Origin: Octopus bimaculoides
Taxonomy: Eukaryota
Direction: 5' to 3'
DNA: 63,286 nucleotides
NCBI RefSeq assembly: GCF_001194135.2
Contig: NC_069010.1
Coordinates: 9,267,112-9,330,397, forward strand
The notes beneath the pieces were generated by a model. The model did not search any database and was not told the origin of the DNA. It was given only the letters and a program-made list of their open reading frames with translations. The position numbers were made by a program, and so were the translations under genes. Below are positions 11,508 through 25,105 of the stretch, one piece after another (within the stretch, counting starts at the first letter, position 1; each line of letters opens with the position of its first letter).

Positions 11508-12370
11508 GTATGTATAGGTTTGCTTTGTTTCCATCATAATTGACACCATTGTCCCAACTGTCATTGACACCATTACCATCATCAGCACCACTATCACCAC
11601 CACCACCACCATCATTGTCATCATCACCCCCTCCATCACTGCCATCTTCATCACCATCTCTTTCATCATCAACACTGTCATCACAGCTTTTGTCAGCATC
11701 ACAAGGCTTTGGTCATCCCAGGGATTTAGTTGATGACACTTGCCCCAAGGTGTTACACAGTGGGACTGAACCCAGAACCAAGTGGTTGGGAAGCAAACTT
11801 CTTACCTTACAAGAGGACTCTGTTCAGTCATGAATGTCCATGGGATTGAACCTGGAAAGTTCCTCCGAGGCACAAGTCTGGGCAAGGTTGTTTATGGAAG
11901 ACCATCAGTCGCCCATGCATACCAGCCTCCCCCTCTCCACACCACTGACGTTGTCCAAGGGAAAAGCAAAGGGGCTGATACCACTTGGCACCACTGACAT
12001 CGCAGCTGAGTGAACTTGAGCAACATGGAATAAAGTGTCTTGCTCAACCCACACCCCAGCCAGGAATTGAACTCACTTTCTCATGATTGTGAGCACAATG
12101 CTCTAACCACTGAGCCCACACCTGCCACTCAATTATTGGGTTTGATAAAAAAAATTGCCATTTGATAAAACTTTCAATCCATGAAAGAAATTGTCCATGC
12201 TGAAAGGAAATAGATGAGGAAGAGATGGGAAGATGCGATGAAGAAAGAAAGCTGAACCTTATGAAGGTGATGGTGAGGGGTGAACCACTTTATTGGACAG
12301 GACCCTGCTATCATGTTCATCTGTCGGAGCAACGGAGAAGAGTGGTTGTTGACCCTTTTTTTAGCCATGC

Positions 12371-12613
12371 TTGAGAAGAAGACCCGTCAAACCGAGCAAA
12401 ATTGCAGTCATGGCAGATTCTGGTGCCACGCAAATGGCCCATAAAAGCACCTGTTACACTTTTGGAGGGGTTAGAATTAGGAAGGGCATCCGGCCATAGC
12501 AAACCATACCAAATCAGACTGGGGTCTGGTGCAGCTTACCTGCCCTGGTCAAACCATCCAACCCATGCCAGCATGCACAATGGACAATAAATGATGATGA
12601 TGATGATGATGAT
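12371..12613 (+). mobile_element. Diverged RTE 3' end with (GAT)n tail
   Basis: gagaagaagacccgtcaaaccgag ... ttaggaagggcatccggcc ... ccaacccatgccagcatg ... (gat)n. Confidence 0.75.
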
Positions 12614-12790
12614 ATCTGGTCTCCCTATTTTATGGTACCATATTTTCACAGCTACCTAATTCTTAAGATAAACAACAATATCATTGAAATCTGATAGCTA
12701 TGAAATAATGCCTGATTAATTGAAGACATTGGTAAATCTGCTGAGGAATTAATAAATGCTTCTTTTCTTTGTTTTATTTTGCGCACTTAG

Positions 12791-12837
12791 GTATTGGGTT
12801 TGGTGGACTGTGGAGGTTTGCTGGTGTATTTTCCAAG
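12791..12837 (+). CDS. NF1: Neurofibromin coding exon (window exon 10)
   Basis: cacttag/GTAAGT; 47 nt; SIGFGGLWRFAGVFSK matches SFGFNGLWRFAGPFSK. Confidence 0.96.
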
Positions 12838-13009
12838 GTAAGTTCCAAAAGACTACCTTTCTATAAGGTGTGTGTGTGTGTGTGTGGTGATAGTTGTGGC
12901 AGCCTCTACTTTATGTGTGTCATCTGTATATATATTTGATCAGTTGTGCTAATTATGGTCTGTAGAAACATTTATAGATTGTGTTTTATATTAACTGTGT
13001 GTTTGTGTG

Positions 13010-13228
<219 letters not shown>

Positions 13229-14614
13229 AAAAATAAAATTATTAGAATGATCCAAAACAACCAAGAATTCAGTAAGAATTTGTTTGCCTGTTGATCCTGC
13301 AACAAGTTCTGTCAGTCTCTTGAAGGATTTGAGAACCATTGTCATTCTCACGATGTCTGATGCTGCGATACATTCTATTTAGTCAGCTAGGGTCATCCTC
13401 ATTTAATGAGCTGACAGCCTTCATGTATATATATATGTATATATATATATATGTATATATACACAAACATGTGCATAATATATATGTGTGTATGTGTATA
13501 CATATATATATGTGTGTATGTGTGTTTATTGTGATGTGTATTAAGAAGCAGAGACCACAAGAAAGGTGATGACAGTTGTGATGATGAATGGCCCTTCGTC
13601 ATCACACTCAGTAATTGTTGTTGCTCAGCCGTGGCTCTCTGGGTACACAAAACCACTCCCTTCTGCTCCTTTCCAATGTGCCACATTACTTTGGACATTC
13701 TCCTCTATATTTTCTCTTCTATTGAGTCACATTCCACTTGGTACTCCACTGCTTTGAGTAAGTTACATAACTCAGCCGCACAGCTGAGTATCCTGCTGCA
13801 CTCAATTCTTTTTGAGTATTATGTCTTACTCAACCCCATTCCTCTAAGCGCTCAACACTACTCAAACATGCCTGTCTGCATATACAGTAGTGCTCAGACG
13901 TATCTCTGACTACAACAACACTCAGACATGACTGTGAGTACTCATAAGTAGAAATGTTGTGTGTGGTGGCCACCAGTAGGACTGCAGGCAATATGGGCAG
14001 CACCCATTTCCCCGTGTTTCTGTATGCAAAGCCAAGTCCAACAAAAATGGGTATTCAATAAGCTTATAGGAAAGTGGGTTATACATCATTAGATGTACAC
14101 CTGACTTTCCTATATTAAATTAGAAATATACGGAACGCAGAACTCCAGACTATCAACTCAACAATATTTATTCATGGTGGAAAATATACATCTTTAATCT
14201 TGTTTGTTGAGACGTCTTCGGTGTGTGAGAACATGGTTGTTGGGATGTTGGTATATTGATGTGAGCTGTCTAGCGTGAGTTCGAAAGATGGAGAGACAGC
14301 TAGACACGTCCTTGCTCAATCGTTGGCCAGCAAGAAAGAGATCGATCAAAGCGGGAAAGCTTGGTTGTTGAATTCCACGCATGCGTGAGACTACGCATGC
14401 GCACGGCGTTACTACAGGCTCAATTCATGTTACATGTTTCAATAGCCCAGTCATTTATTTGCACAGGATGTATTACATATGAGGCAATATTACATAATTT
14501 TCATTATTTTATATGCTAATTTACCAGCCATTTCATCAAGTGATGTGAACCATTGGTAGAAAGTATATATATTTATACATGCACACACACACACACACAC
14601 ACACATGCATATAT

Positions 14615-14720
14615 TGTGGAACACCTGTTTACGAACACCTCTTCTCACAAACAAATTGGTTTACAAGCAATTTTTTAACATGAAACATCTCAGGTGACAG
14701 ACGGTGTCTCAAGGAATAAA
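14615..14720 (+). mobile_element. Possible decayed Tigger/pogo-like left end
   Basis: gtggaacacctgtttacgaacacctc..acaaacaaattggtttacaagcaa resembles a Tigger-type terminus from memory; no partner end seen. Confidence 0.3.
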
Positions 14721-15234
14721 CATGCAAATTAACAACAATAGTTAGCGACAAGCTGGAACATAGATATGCACTTGTGTATGTATTATATCTGTTCTATGTG
14801 TTTTATATATAACTTATTACATATATATTTTATGTCTGTATAAAGATATGTGTATTTATATGTGTATATTGATATATATGTTTTATGTTATGCTAAGAAA
14901 TAGTGCTCAGTACCAAAATTCATGACTAGTCAAGCATAACAAACTACACCAAATCGTTGTCAGAATATTTGCAAAAGTGGAGTCAAGACCAGCTCGTCTG
15001 TACAGGCGTTGAGTCATCTAAATTGCAATAATAAAGTCAAACCAAACAGGGATATTTTGGAAATCATTTAATACATAGCTTTCAGGTGTGCATAGTACAT
15101 GATAGGAGATACATTCTGTGGTACGTGTTATATAATGGATGCAGTTTCTATTATATACTCTGCAGACCTGAAATGTATGTATTAAATGGTTTCAAAATAT
15201 CAATATCACTATATATGTATATATATGTGTGTGA

Positions 15235-15261
<27 letters not shown>

Positions 15262-15265
<4 letters not shown>

Positions 15266-15358
15266 ATCATAAATATATAGGGATTGGCAGTAACCTGCTT
15301 CTCCAACATACTGTTGGAGAAGCAGGTTACTGCCAATCCCTATATATTTATGATTATA
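15262..15358. other. Perfect 47-bp inverted repeat with a 3-nt loop
   Basis: 15262-15308 is the exact reverse complement of 15312-15358. Confidence 0.95.
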
Positions 15359-15448
15359 AATGATTTTACCGAAAAGGTTTTTTCATACTGAGCTACCCGG
15401 CAAAATTGTTAATTATTAATTTTATTACTAATTGACGATTCCCTGCCC

Positions 15449-15485
<37 letters not shown>

Positions 15486-16330
15486 TCACATGCATATATA
15501 TATGTATATATATTGTTGACAATATATAGAGAAATTTGGTGCAATGGTAGAACATCTGTCACGTTGACTAATGATGTGGGTGTAAGTCCAACAGGCAGCC
15601 TTTGACTTTTACTATCCAAAGGGGTTTTGAACCCTATGCTTATACACTATTATCTATAGCTTTATCTGCTTCAAGATTCCACAGGATTTAAATTGAAGCT
15701 ACTGTTAGTGTCATAACCTGATGACATGATGAGTTTGGTTAGTGTACCATGTGTTTCTGATGAGCCTTTCGGATTCAGATATACAACATGGCTGGCCTTT
15801 TAATTTCCTATCATCCTTTCTTCTGTTTCCTCAAAAAACCAGCATCCTTCCTCATTTCTTTCAAGAAAAACCAGCCATGTTGTACATCTGTTTCTGAAAG
15901 ATGGCTTAGAAACGCACCACACAGTATACTAGCTTGTTAGATCATTATGTTTTCACAGCATGAAACTAACAGCAGCTTGGATTTAAATCCTGTTTGTATT
16001 AAATGACATGCATGTGCACTCTTTCTCACACGACTTCAGATTGTCTGTCAAGCTGTTTGTTACCTTCATAAATATCCAGAATGTTGGTTTCGTTCAATTT
16101 ATGACTACACACTTCAATCCATCACCGACGTATTAGAGAACCTTATTACATTTATGTCATTTAATTGTAAACCATTGTCGTTGTTCTATGCATGGGTGTT
16201 ACAGTATCATTCTCCTCCGCCTGTGTAATTAATTCTCTCCTTAATAAATAGAAACTAACAGAGAATGGAAACATAAAACACCAAGAGTCACTCAGATCCA
16301 TCACTGAGTCTGTATATGTATGTATGTCTC

Positions 16331-16361
<31 letters not shown>

Positions 16362-16947
16362 TCACTCACACATTATAGAGAAACAAGAACGATATTGTTT
16401 CATGTCATTTCAACCTGTTTATACACATGTAATTCAAGGACAACTATTAATGTTGTCTGTTTTTTACTGTCTGCTATGAATTAATCAAATCTGACCCTGA
16501 AGAGACACAATATTCCATATTTTATAACCTACAGGAGTGAGTCATACATACAACTCTCCTCTTGCATTCGTCCATTTCCTTTTAACATCAGACCCCAGTT
16601 GCATCTCTTTTCCTCTCTGTATTTCTCTTATTCTCCTCCTGTGTCTGTGAGTCGAATCCCTGCCCCTCTCTTCCATGTCTTCAACACCCCAACACAAACC
16701 AACGACAGTAGATGCAACCTCTCTTCATGTTTTCCTCCGTTTGTCTTTGTTTTCACTTTTTTTCTCCCTCCATTGTATTGTTGTCCCATCTCCTTGGGCA
16801 TCCAGACATTTATTTTTGGGGGGGAGGGGTTCTTAAAGATGACAACTGATTGAATCTATCCACCTCTCATGCTTCCTGACTTTTGATTGTTTATGAGATA
16901 ATATCGTTTTTCTCTTTTTTTTTTTCCTACCTTTTTACTTGTTTCAC

Positions 16948-17143
16948 TTATTACTAGACTGTGACCATGCTGGGGCACCACTTTGAAGAATCTTTAGTTG
17001 AATGTATTGACCCCCCCCCCCCAGTTCTTTTTCTTTTCTTTCCTTTTTGTTAAGCCTGGTACTTATTCTGTCTCTTTTGCCAAACTGCTTCATTATGGAG
17101 CCATAAACACACCAACACTGGTTGTCAAGCAGTGGTGGGGGGA

Positions 17144-17183
<40 letters not shown>

Positions 17184-17340
17184 ATGGGCTTCTTTCAGTT
17201 TCCATCTTTTAAAATCCACTCACGAGTCTTTGGTCGGCCCAAGGCTGTAGTAGAAATAAACTTGCCTAAGGTGCCATACAGTGGGACCAAACCCAGAACC
17301 ATTTGGTTGGGAAGCAAGCTTCATACCACACAACCACGCT
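16948..17340 (-). mobile_element. SINE family A, near full length
   Basis: reverse complement reads head (tggttgtgtggtatgaagcttgcttcccaaccaaatggttctgggtttggtcccactg), (TG)n, then tail. Confidence 0.85.
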
Positions 17341-19140
17341 TATATTATGTAATATATAATTGTCAAAAAAAGCCAATCCAAATTGAGGGTGGATGGTCTC
17401 GCTAAAAAAAGTTACTGATTTTTGATGTTTGCGTTTTTGTTATCTTTGTTGTTGTTTTTGTTAACCCCAGTTCAGCCCTGACTCCCAGGACTATGTTTAA
17501 AGGGGTTCCAGCAGACCTTTGATCAAAGACGTGCCAACTGTGACCATCCTGTCTTTTATTCAAATTAGTAATGTTTCCTTGTTGTTTAACCACAGGTTAG
17601 TCTTGCTTCAGGAGAATTATGGTCATAGACATTCCAGTTGTGACCATTCTGTCTTTTATTCAGACATAATGTATCTTGAACTACATTATTGGATGTGTCC
17701 TCTTGTTGTTTAGCCCTAGGTCAGTTCTGATCTAGCAGAGCTGTGATCAGAGACATACCAACATTGACCATCTTGCCTTGGTGTATCTAACGTTACATCC
17801 CAGTGTAGCCAACCAATTTCAAAACCATGAGGTGTGATTTAATGGAGATTTGGCTGCTATTTCTAGCTGGTTAACTTTCCATGTAGAGGCTTCTTCACTG
17901 ACTCGTTAGTTCTTAACAACACTAATGAGTCATGTCAAACAACTTCTTGTGTGTCATTTTATTAAAGTTAGTAATAAGACCCTTGCTAATTAGTAATGTC
18001 ATTAGAGTTGTTAATTAATCAAGAATGTCATGAATTTAGTGGTTGTTTGGAGAGTCACTTAATTGGTTGTTGGAGTCATGATGAGAGTGTGTGCTGGTCG
18101 AGGGGAAAAGGTGGTAGTTTTGTGAGTCACAATATGGTTCACTAACACTTACATTGTCAAGGTTGATGAGTCACAAGAGTCAAGTCTGGTGATTTTAGTG
18201 GTTAAGGGGGAGTCAGGTGTGAGAATTGACTCATAGCCTACTGAATTTTCAAATAGGGGGTGCTGAGAGAGAGGTGGGTAATTTGAGATGCTGATGTTGT
18301 GAGAATGGGGTACGGAGAGATGGGAATGCTGTGAAGGTGGGGTGCTGTGAGATATGGTGGTATGAGGTGGGGGGTACTGTGAGACGAGGGTACTGTGAGA
18401 TGGGGGTACTGCCAAAATATTGCTGCCTTACGTTTGTTTTTCTTTTTCTTAGGAGAAAACTTGAGCGTGAATTGAGAAGCCTGAGATGGAGACGTTTAGC
18501 AGTAAGTTAGTCTCTCTCTCTCTATATATATGTCACGGTTAACTGAGCACTCAAACACACACACACACACGCATATATATATTGTCATACATTCATACAC
18601 ACCCTCACATAAAGTTGTATATGTGCACTTGCACACACTACAGCCACTCATATATTTGTGTGTGTGTGTGTGTGTGTATTCACTTGTGTGCGTGCACGTG
18701 CACACACATATATGCACTCACATATGAATATATTCACTCTTGCACATGCACGCACACACACACATATTGTCATTCACTTATACACATCCTCAATATTATA
18801 TATATAAGTATGCACTTGCATGTACACACCCACACACACACACACACGTACACATATAGAAAGAATGGTCGAGAAAGCCACAGCAGTTGAGTTGTGAAAA
18901 TATTAAATAATTATAAAGAGTAAATTCATCCCTTAAAACATTTGAAAATCTGATATTTTGGGTTAAAATGCCCTTTGCTGGTGTAGGAGTGCATGGCTAA
19001 GTTTATGGCAGTTTCGAGTCATACATATATCTGTGTTCTCACATACACACACTCACACATAAACATACACATGTATACATATATATTTTGTGTGTGTGTT
19101 TATATATGTGTCTATATATATATACATACATATATATATG

Positions 19141-19189
<49 letters not shown>

Positions 19190-19574
19190 GTATGGAGACT
19201 CACTTGCATGTGAGAAAAATATATACAATGCTTCCAGTCATTCATATTCATTTTTACCTTGACACATGCCTACATGCATTCACACATACACACACCTGTA
19301 CATGCATGCATACACATTCCTATTTAGGTAGTCATATGTGTGTATATATATATATACACACACACACACACATACACATACATAAACGTACATATACATA
19401 CATACACATACATACATACAAACATACAGGCATTTATATATATATATGCATGTATGTTTGTATGTGCATGTGTAAGCTGTGTTGCACACACCTGTACACC
19501 CGTATCTCTGCACTTGTTTCTTATCCTTTTTCTCTCCGTTCCCCCCCCCCCCCNNNNNNNNNNNNNNNNACAAC

Positions 19575-20830
19575 CTGCCTTCGTGTTGTAGAAGTCAATG
19601 TGGTGGTTGTTCAGTCTGCTAAAAACAGCAGCCAAATCTCCCTTATCTCACATTCTACCATATTAAAAAAAAAACAAGGGGTGCAGGTGCATTGAATTGT
19701 GTAGTCCTTGATGCACTGTGACAGGAAGAAAATGGTAACAGCAATAATAAGTCAAGTGAGGAGGGCCTAGAAATAGCAGCCAAAGCTCCCTCAAATTACA
19801 CCTGACCGTCTTAGGATAAGAATGAAAGTATTGGCCCCATGGCAGGCTGTTTGTTGCTGGATCAGCATTTACCTTGGGCTAAAAAAACAACACACAAGAT
19901 ACGTTGTTTAGCCCCAGGTCAATCCTGGATCCAGTAGACCTATGATCAAAGATATTCCGGCTGTGACCATCCTGTCTTTCATTCTGGCATAGTGTATCTA
20001 GGACTACATCATCTAATGTCCTTCCTCGTTGCTGTTGTTGTTTAGCCCTAGGTCATTCTTGATCAGGCAGTCCACACTCAGCAGATCAAAGACGACCGGG
20101 CTATTTGTTTTTATTGAGACATGGTGTATCTTGGACTACATCATTTAATGTGTCCTCATTGTTTAACCCCAGGCTAGTCCTGACCAAGCACACAGACTTA
20201 TCTGAAGGTGGGTGCAATCAATCTGTTGTATGTCCTTCCTTTTGTGTGGAGAGATTTGGCTTCTGTTTTTAGCATGTTAAATAACCATTTGAAAGATTCT
20301 GTCATTTGGCAGGGGACACTTCTCCAGCATGCAAAGCTAAATAAAGGGGTTACTTAAAGGGACAGCGGAACAATTTAACTGATTCATTGCAATCAAAGGC
20401 CTTTCCAACCATGACTTGCACTACATTTTCTTACATGTCCTTTATTTTTAAGATTTGTGATTTGGCTGATGTTTCTAGCACATTGAACAACCAGTTAGAG
20501 GTTACATTGCTTTGGTTGTGTGTTTGTGTGTGGTGATGGGAAGGGGTATATACTATGGATACAGTGATGGTGATGATGATGAGGGAAGTGGTGGGTATGA
20601 TGATATGCCACTCCAGCTATGACCATCCAGCCTTTTACCTACATGCAGGCTATCCACGACCATATTAACTAATGTATCCTTAGTTTTAAGACAGTAGGAC
20701 ATGATTTGAGGGAGATTTGGCTGCTGTTTCTTCCATGTCTGACTACCAGGTAGAGGTCTCTCTCTAATTAGCTCATATCTAAGACATTAAGGTGTGATTT
20801 GAGGGACATTTCGCTGCTATTTCTACAAGT
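19575..20830. repeat. Cluster of dispersed family D fragments in both orientations
   Basis: ctaaaaacagcagccaaatctccc, tagaaatagcagccaaagctccctcaaattacacc (reverse) and gatttgagggagatttggctgctg (forward); ttgtttagccccaggtca repeated. Confidence 0.6.
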
Positions 20831-22369
20831 CTCACAATGGCCTTCTTTTCTGTTATCAGCTCAAAATAAACGTTGTTGTTCTCATTGTTCACTTCCTCCC
20901 CACCCCCACCCATTTCACTGTTGATCAGACGTTCAAACTGTAACCATCACCTATTGTGCTTTTAAGTCATCCAGTTCTATAGTGAAGAGATGAGCAATTA
21001 TTTACATTATTTACATTCGACGGATCTTTGTCCTCATTTTGTTTGTTGTTGCAACATGAAATGAAGTGTTTTGCTCAAGAACACATTGCCCAGTGCAGGA
21101 ATTGAAACCACAATCTCACGATCATGAGTCCAACACCCTATCCACTAAACTATGCACCTCCACACACACACACACACACACACACACATCATTTCTAATG
21201 TGCTTTGTGTTGATGCTGGCAATGGGTTGGATGGTTTTACATGAACAGACAATCCAGACAGCTGCACTAGGTTTTAATATTGGTGTTGGCATGGTTCCTA
21301 TCGCTGGAGGCCCTTCTTAATGCCCACCACTTCTCAGGGTGCCCTGGGTGCTTTTTTTAAGTGGCTCCAGCACAAGCAATACATACACATAAATCTCTTG
21401 TGCGCGTTTGTATTCCTTCCCCTCACCATCGGTGTTGGTTCATTTATGTCTATGTAACTTAGCAGTTTGGCAAAAGCGATCAAAAGAATAAGGAGCAAGC
21501 TTCCAGATAAGTGTTAGGACTTATTTGTTCACCCAAAGCCCCTTGAGGTGGCTGCCCCAGCATGGCCACAGTTCAATGACTGAAACAAGTAGAGGACAAA
21601 AACAAAAGTCAAAGAGACAACAAAAGACAGGGTGGTCATGTCTGGAGTCTGTGTTTGCTCCATCAGCACTGACCCTGGGTTGAATAACCATTGCCTTCAT
21701 CCTCACCCTCCTCCCATATTTGAAAAAGGATTAAATAATGTAGAAGGGAGGTTGTCCCTTTTCCTGTCAGCTTGGCCCCTGTTTTCATTAAGGGACTATA
21801 TATCTAATATATAAGGGATTATCCCCTTATCTTTTCATTAAAGGGCTACATATAACTAATGTATGCAGCGGTTGTCCCTTTTCCTGTCACCCCAGCCCCT
21901 ATCTTTCATTGAGAGTTTATATGTAACTATCATATATAGGGATTGTCCCCTTTTCTTTCAACTTGGCCCCTATCTGTCATATGAGGAGATTGTTTCCTTT
22001 TCTGACCCCTATTTTTTCATTAAGGCATGGCACCAATGGTTTTTTTTTTGCACATTTTTTTCTTTTTTTTTCCTATTTTTTCTTGATTTTTTAATAACAT
22101 TCGATTTTTTTTTTTTTTGCACTGATTTATTTTTCTTGTTTTCTTTGTTTTTGTTTTTGATTTCTGACTTAAAATAATCTGAATTACTGGTGGAGAGAGG
22201 GAGGGAGGGCCATGTGGAGAGTCAGGATTGCTATCAAGGACTGACTATGATTTAGAGATAGAGTAAAAACCCCCACGAAATTTTGAAATTTACCTGGGGT
22301 TGGGGAAGGACCAAATGCTCCACCCCACCCCAGCCCCCAACCCATTGCTAAAAACCTTCATATCTTTTA

Positions 22370-22995
22370 ATAGCTTTGGTCATTGGTCTGTGGCCATGCT
22401 GGGGCAATGCCTTGCAGTTGTTTTAGTCAAACAAACTGACCCCAGAACTTACTGTTTTTGTTTTTGCGTTTTGGCTTTTGTTTTTTTTTAAACAAAGTCT
22501 GGTTCTTATTCTGTTGTTCTCTTGCCAAACCCCAGAGTCACAGGAATGTAAACAAACCAACACTGGTTGTCATGTTCAGGTGGTGGGGGTAGCAAACACA
22601 CACACACACACACACGCTTACAGGCATACATATATGCAGATACACACACAGTTTCCATCTACCAAATTCACTCAGACAGCATCACGTGCACGAAACAAAA
22701 CCCCACTTTTCTGCCGATACGATGATCCTCGTTTACAAACATCAAATAATGTCAAAACAAGGATACGTACACACACACACACACGTATATATATGCACAC
22801 ACATCCATATTTTCAGACATATATCTATATATATATATATGTGACAGGCTTCCACTCAGTTTCCATCTATGAAATTCACCCACAAGGCATTGGTCAGCTT
22901 GGGGATATAGTAGAAGACACTGGCCCAAGGTGGTGTGCAGTGGGCCTGAACTCAAATCTCCGTGGCTGCAAGGCAAAGCTGTTCACTACACAACT
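22370..22995 (-). mobile_element. SINE family A, split into tail (22370-22680) and head (22840-22995) segments
   Basis: same motifs as other family A copies, interrupted by an unrelated insert and microsatellite. Confidence 0.7.
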
Positions 22996-23965
22996 GTATG
23001 TCTACTTGTATATTAAGGAATCTGGAGGAAGGGGCAGCTATTTAGGAACCAGTGAGATTGGTGTGGGGTTGTTGTGTCATTGGACGATCACCTTTGGCAG
23101 GAAGGGGATTGCAGAGGGTCAGTGTTTGCGGGGAAGAAGGACTGGTCGCTGCAGTGGAAAAATGAGCACCTTGATGGGGGTTAGATATGAGGAAGATGAT
23201 GAGAGGTGAACAAGTTTGGGGAGATAAGGGTTGCTAAGTGGAAGGGGTGAAGTGCATTTAGCAGGATTAGGAATTCACATTGTAAATAGCCCAAAAAATG
23301 TATCACAAAACCCTGTCTCTAGTGTTCTAATGTGTGTGTGTGTTTTCATATCTATAGATAAACCTCTGTATCATCTCACCTATTTTCACCCCCACCCACT
23401 GTCCCCTCGAGAGCATGTCCCATCATTTCCCCTCACAATTGTTCTCTTTAACTTGCTCCAAATACCATAACGTTACCTGTCAATCTTTTTCAAATACGAT
23501 CGACAGTCAAACATTTATTCCTTACAAACTGTGAGTTTCTTGAAAATCTTTTTTAAAACACATGTACTTACTACCATATATATATAGAGAGAATACACAC
23601 TAATACATACATACACACATACACACAAATAAGCATACATACAAATGCCTGTCAGTTTATTTATTTGACGTCTCTTTATCACCCTTTCTCCCTTCAATTT
23701 TACGCATACTTTCCAAGACAATTTCTCTGTACAAGTAACTTTCACCCTTTCTTTGTTTGCAGAGGAGGGGCCAAGTGGGGTCAAGCAGAGAATACATAAA
23801 TTATCTTGGCAGGGACATGTGTTGAGATTCTCGGCTTATCAATTCCTGCATCTCGGTTGGAAAGTGCCATGGTACATGTGCATACACAGACACACACATA
23901 CAGATAGATAGACTTATATCTTTATACGTATACATACTTATATACATTTCATACAATACTATACA

Positions 23966-24300
23966 ACCACAGGCTTGGCTGTGTGGTAAGAAGTTTGCTT
24001 CTCCACCACATGGTTTTGGATAAGTGTCTTTTGCAATAGCCTCAGGCCAAATAATGCTTTGTGAGTGGATTTAGTTGGCAGAAATTGAAAGAAAACTGTT
24101 GTGTGTGTATGTTTGTGTCTCACCACTGCTTGACAACCGGTGTTGATATGTTTACATCCCTATAACTTAGTGGTTTGGCAAAGAAGACCAATCAAATAAG
24201 TACTGGGTTTAAAAAAATAAGTCATGGGGTCAATTCATTCAACTAGAATTCATTAAATCAGTGCCCCAGCATGGCCGCAGTCTAATGAATGAGACAAGGC
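23966..24300 (+). mobile_element. SINE family A, near full length (tRNA-derived head)
   Basis: caggcttggctgtgtggtaagaagtttgctt (A-box-like), central (GT)n, tail cttgacaaccggtgttg...gtgccccagcatggccgcagtctaatgaatgagacaag. Confidence 0.85.
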
Positions 24301-24590
24301 AAAGGAAAACAATACAAACTGTATAGATAGAGAGGCATTTAATTTATTGGTGATGGGCTATTTTGGATGGGTGATTGTGGTACAAAGATGGTAAATGTGA
24401 TGGATGTGGATGCAGATTTGTAATCATCTTGTTGTTGTTGTTTCAGCCTTTGACCATGTGATGGAATTGATGTCACATGCCGAAATGTTCATCTGATACC
24501 CTCTCTCATTTTCTGTTTTTTTTGTTTTATTGTTGTAGACAATGCAATCAATCAACAATTTGTCCTTTCAATTATCTGACCATCTTTTGA

Positions 24591-24770
24591 AGGCAGGAAG
24601 CTGGCAGAATCATTAGCACATCAGGCAAAACGCTTTACGATCAGGGTTCAAATTCCGCCGAGGCTGAGTTTGCCTTTCATCCTTTCAGGCTCAATAAAAT
24701 AGGTACCAGTTACGCACTGGGGCGATGTAGTTGACTTACCCCCTCCTCCAGAATTGCTCTCCTTTTAAAT
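24591..24770 (+). mobile_element. SINE family B (tRNA head + conserved core)
   Basis: gctggcagaatcattagc (A box), gggttcaaattcc (B box), core tttgcctttcatcctttcaggctcaataaaataggtaccagttacgcactgg. Confidence 0.8.
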
Positions 24771-25105
24771 CTGTATTTGATCCTCTGATGGGAAACTCAT
24801 TTACATCACATGCCTACACATTCCTCCCATGCCCTCCCTCACTTATTCTCTCTTTTTCCCTTTTCTATCGCATGTGTCTACATATTCGTTTTCTACTCCA
24901 CTTTCTCATTCATTCCCTGCTTCTCATTCTCTGTTTCTCCTCTGATTGTTGAGACAAAACAACCCAGCGACAACTTGTCCTTTCAATTATTATTGACCGT
25001 GCCATCGTCGAATACCCATTTATGTCACACACCCCTCCACATTCGTTCCCGTGCCCCCTCTCACGCGTTTCTCTTCTTTCGTTTCCGGTTTCTCTCTCGT
25101 TGCAG

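Noticed and set aside
15760-16150. Possible heavily decayed RTE-type LINE on the minus strand (also 35530-35830)
   Set aside because: Only faint motif echoes across many stops and indels; not assignable by eye
21753-22020. Degenerate ttgtcccttttcctgtca repeats (also gggtactgtgaga repeats at 18290-18415)
   Set aside because: Ordinary decayed low-complexity tandem repeats with no fixed period or further structure
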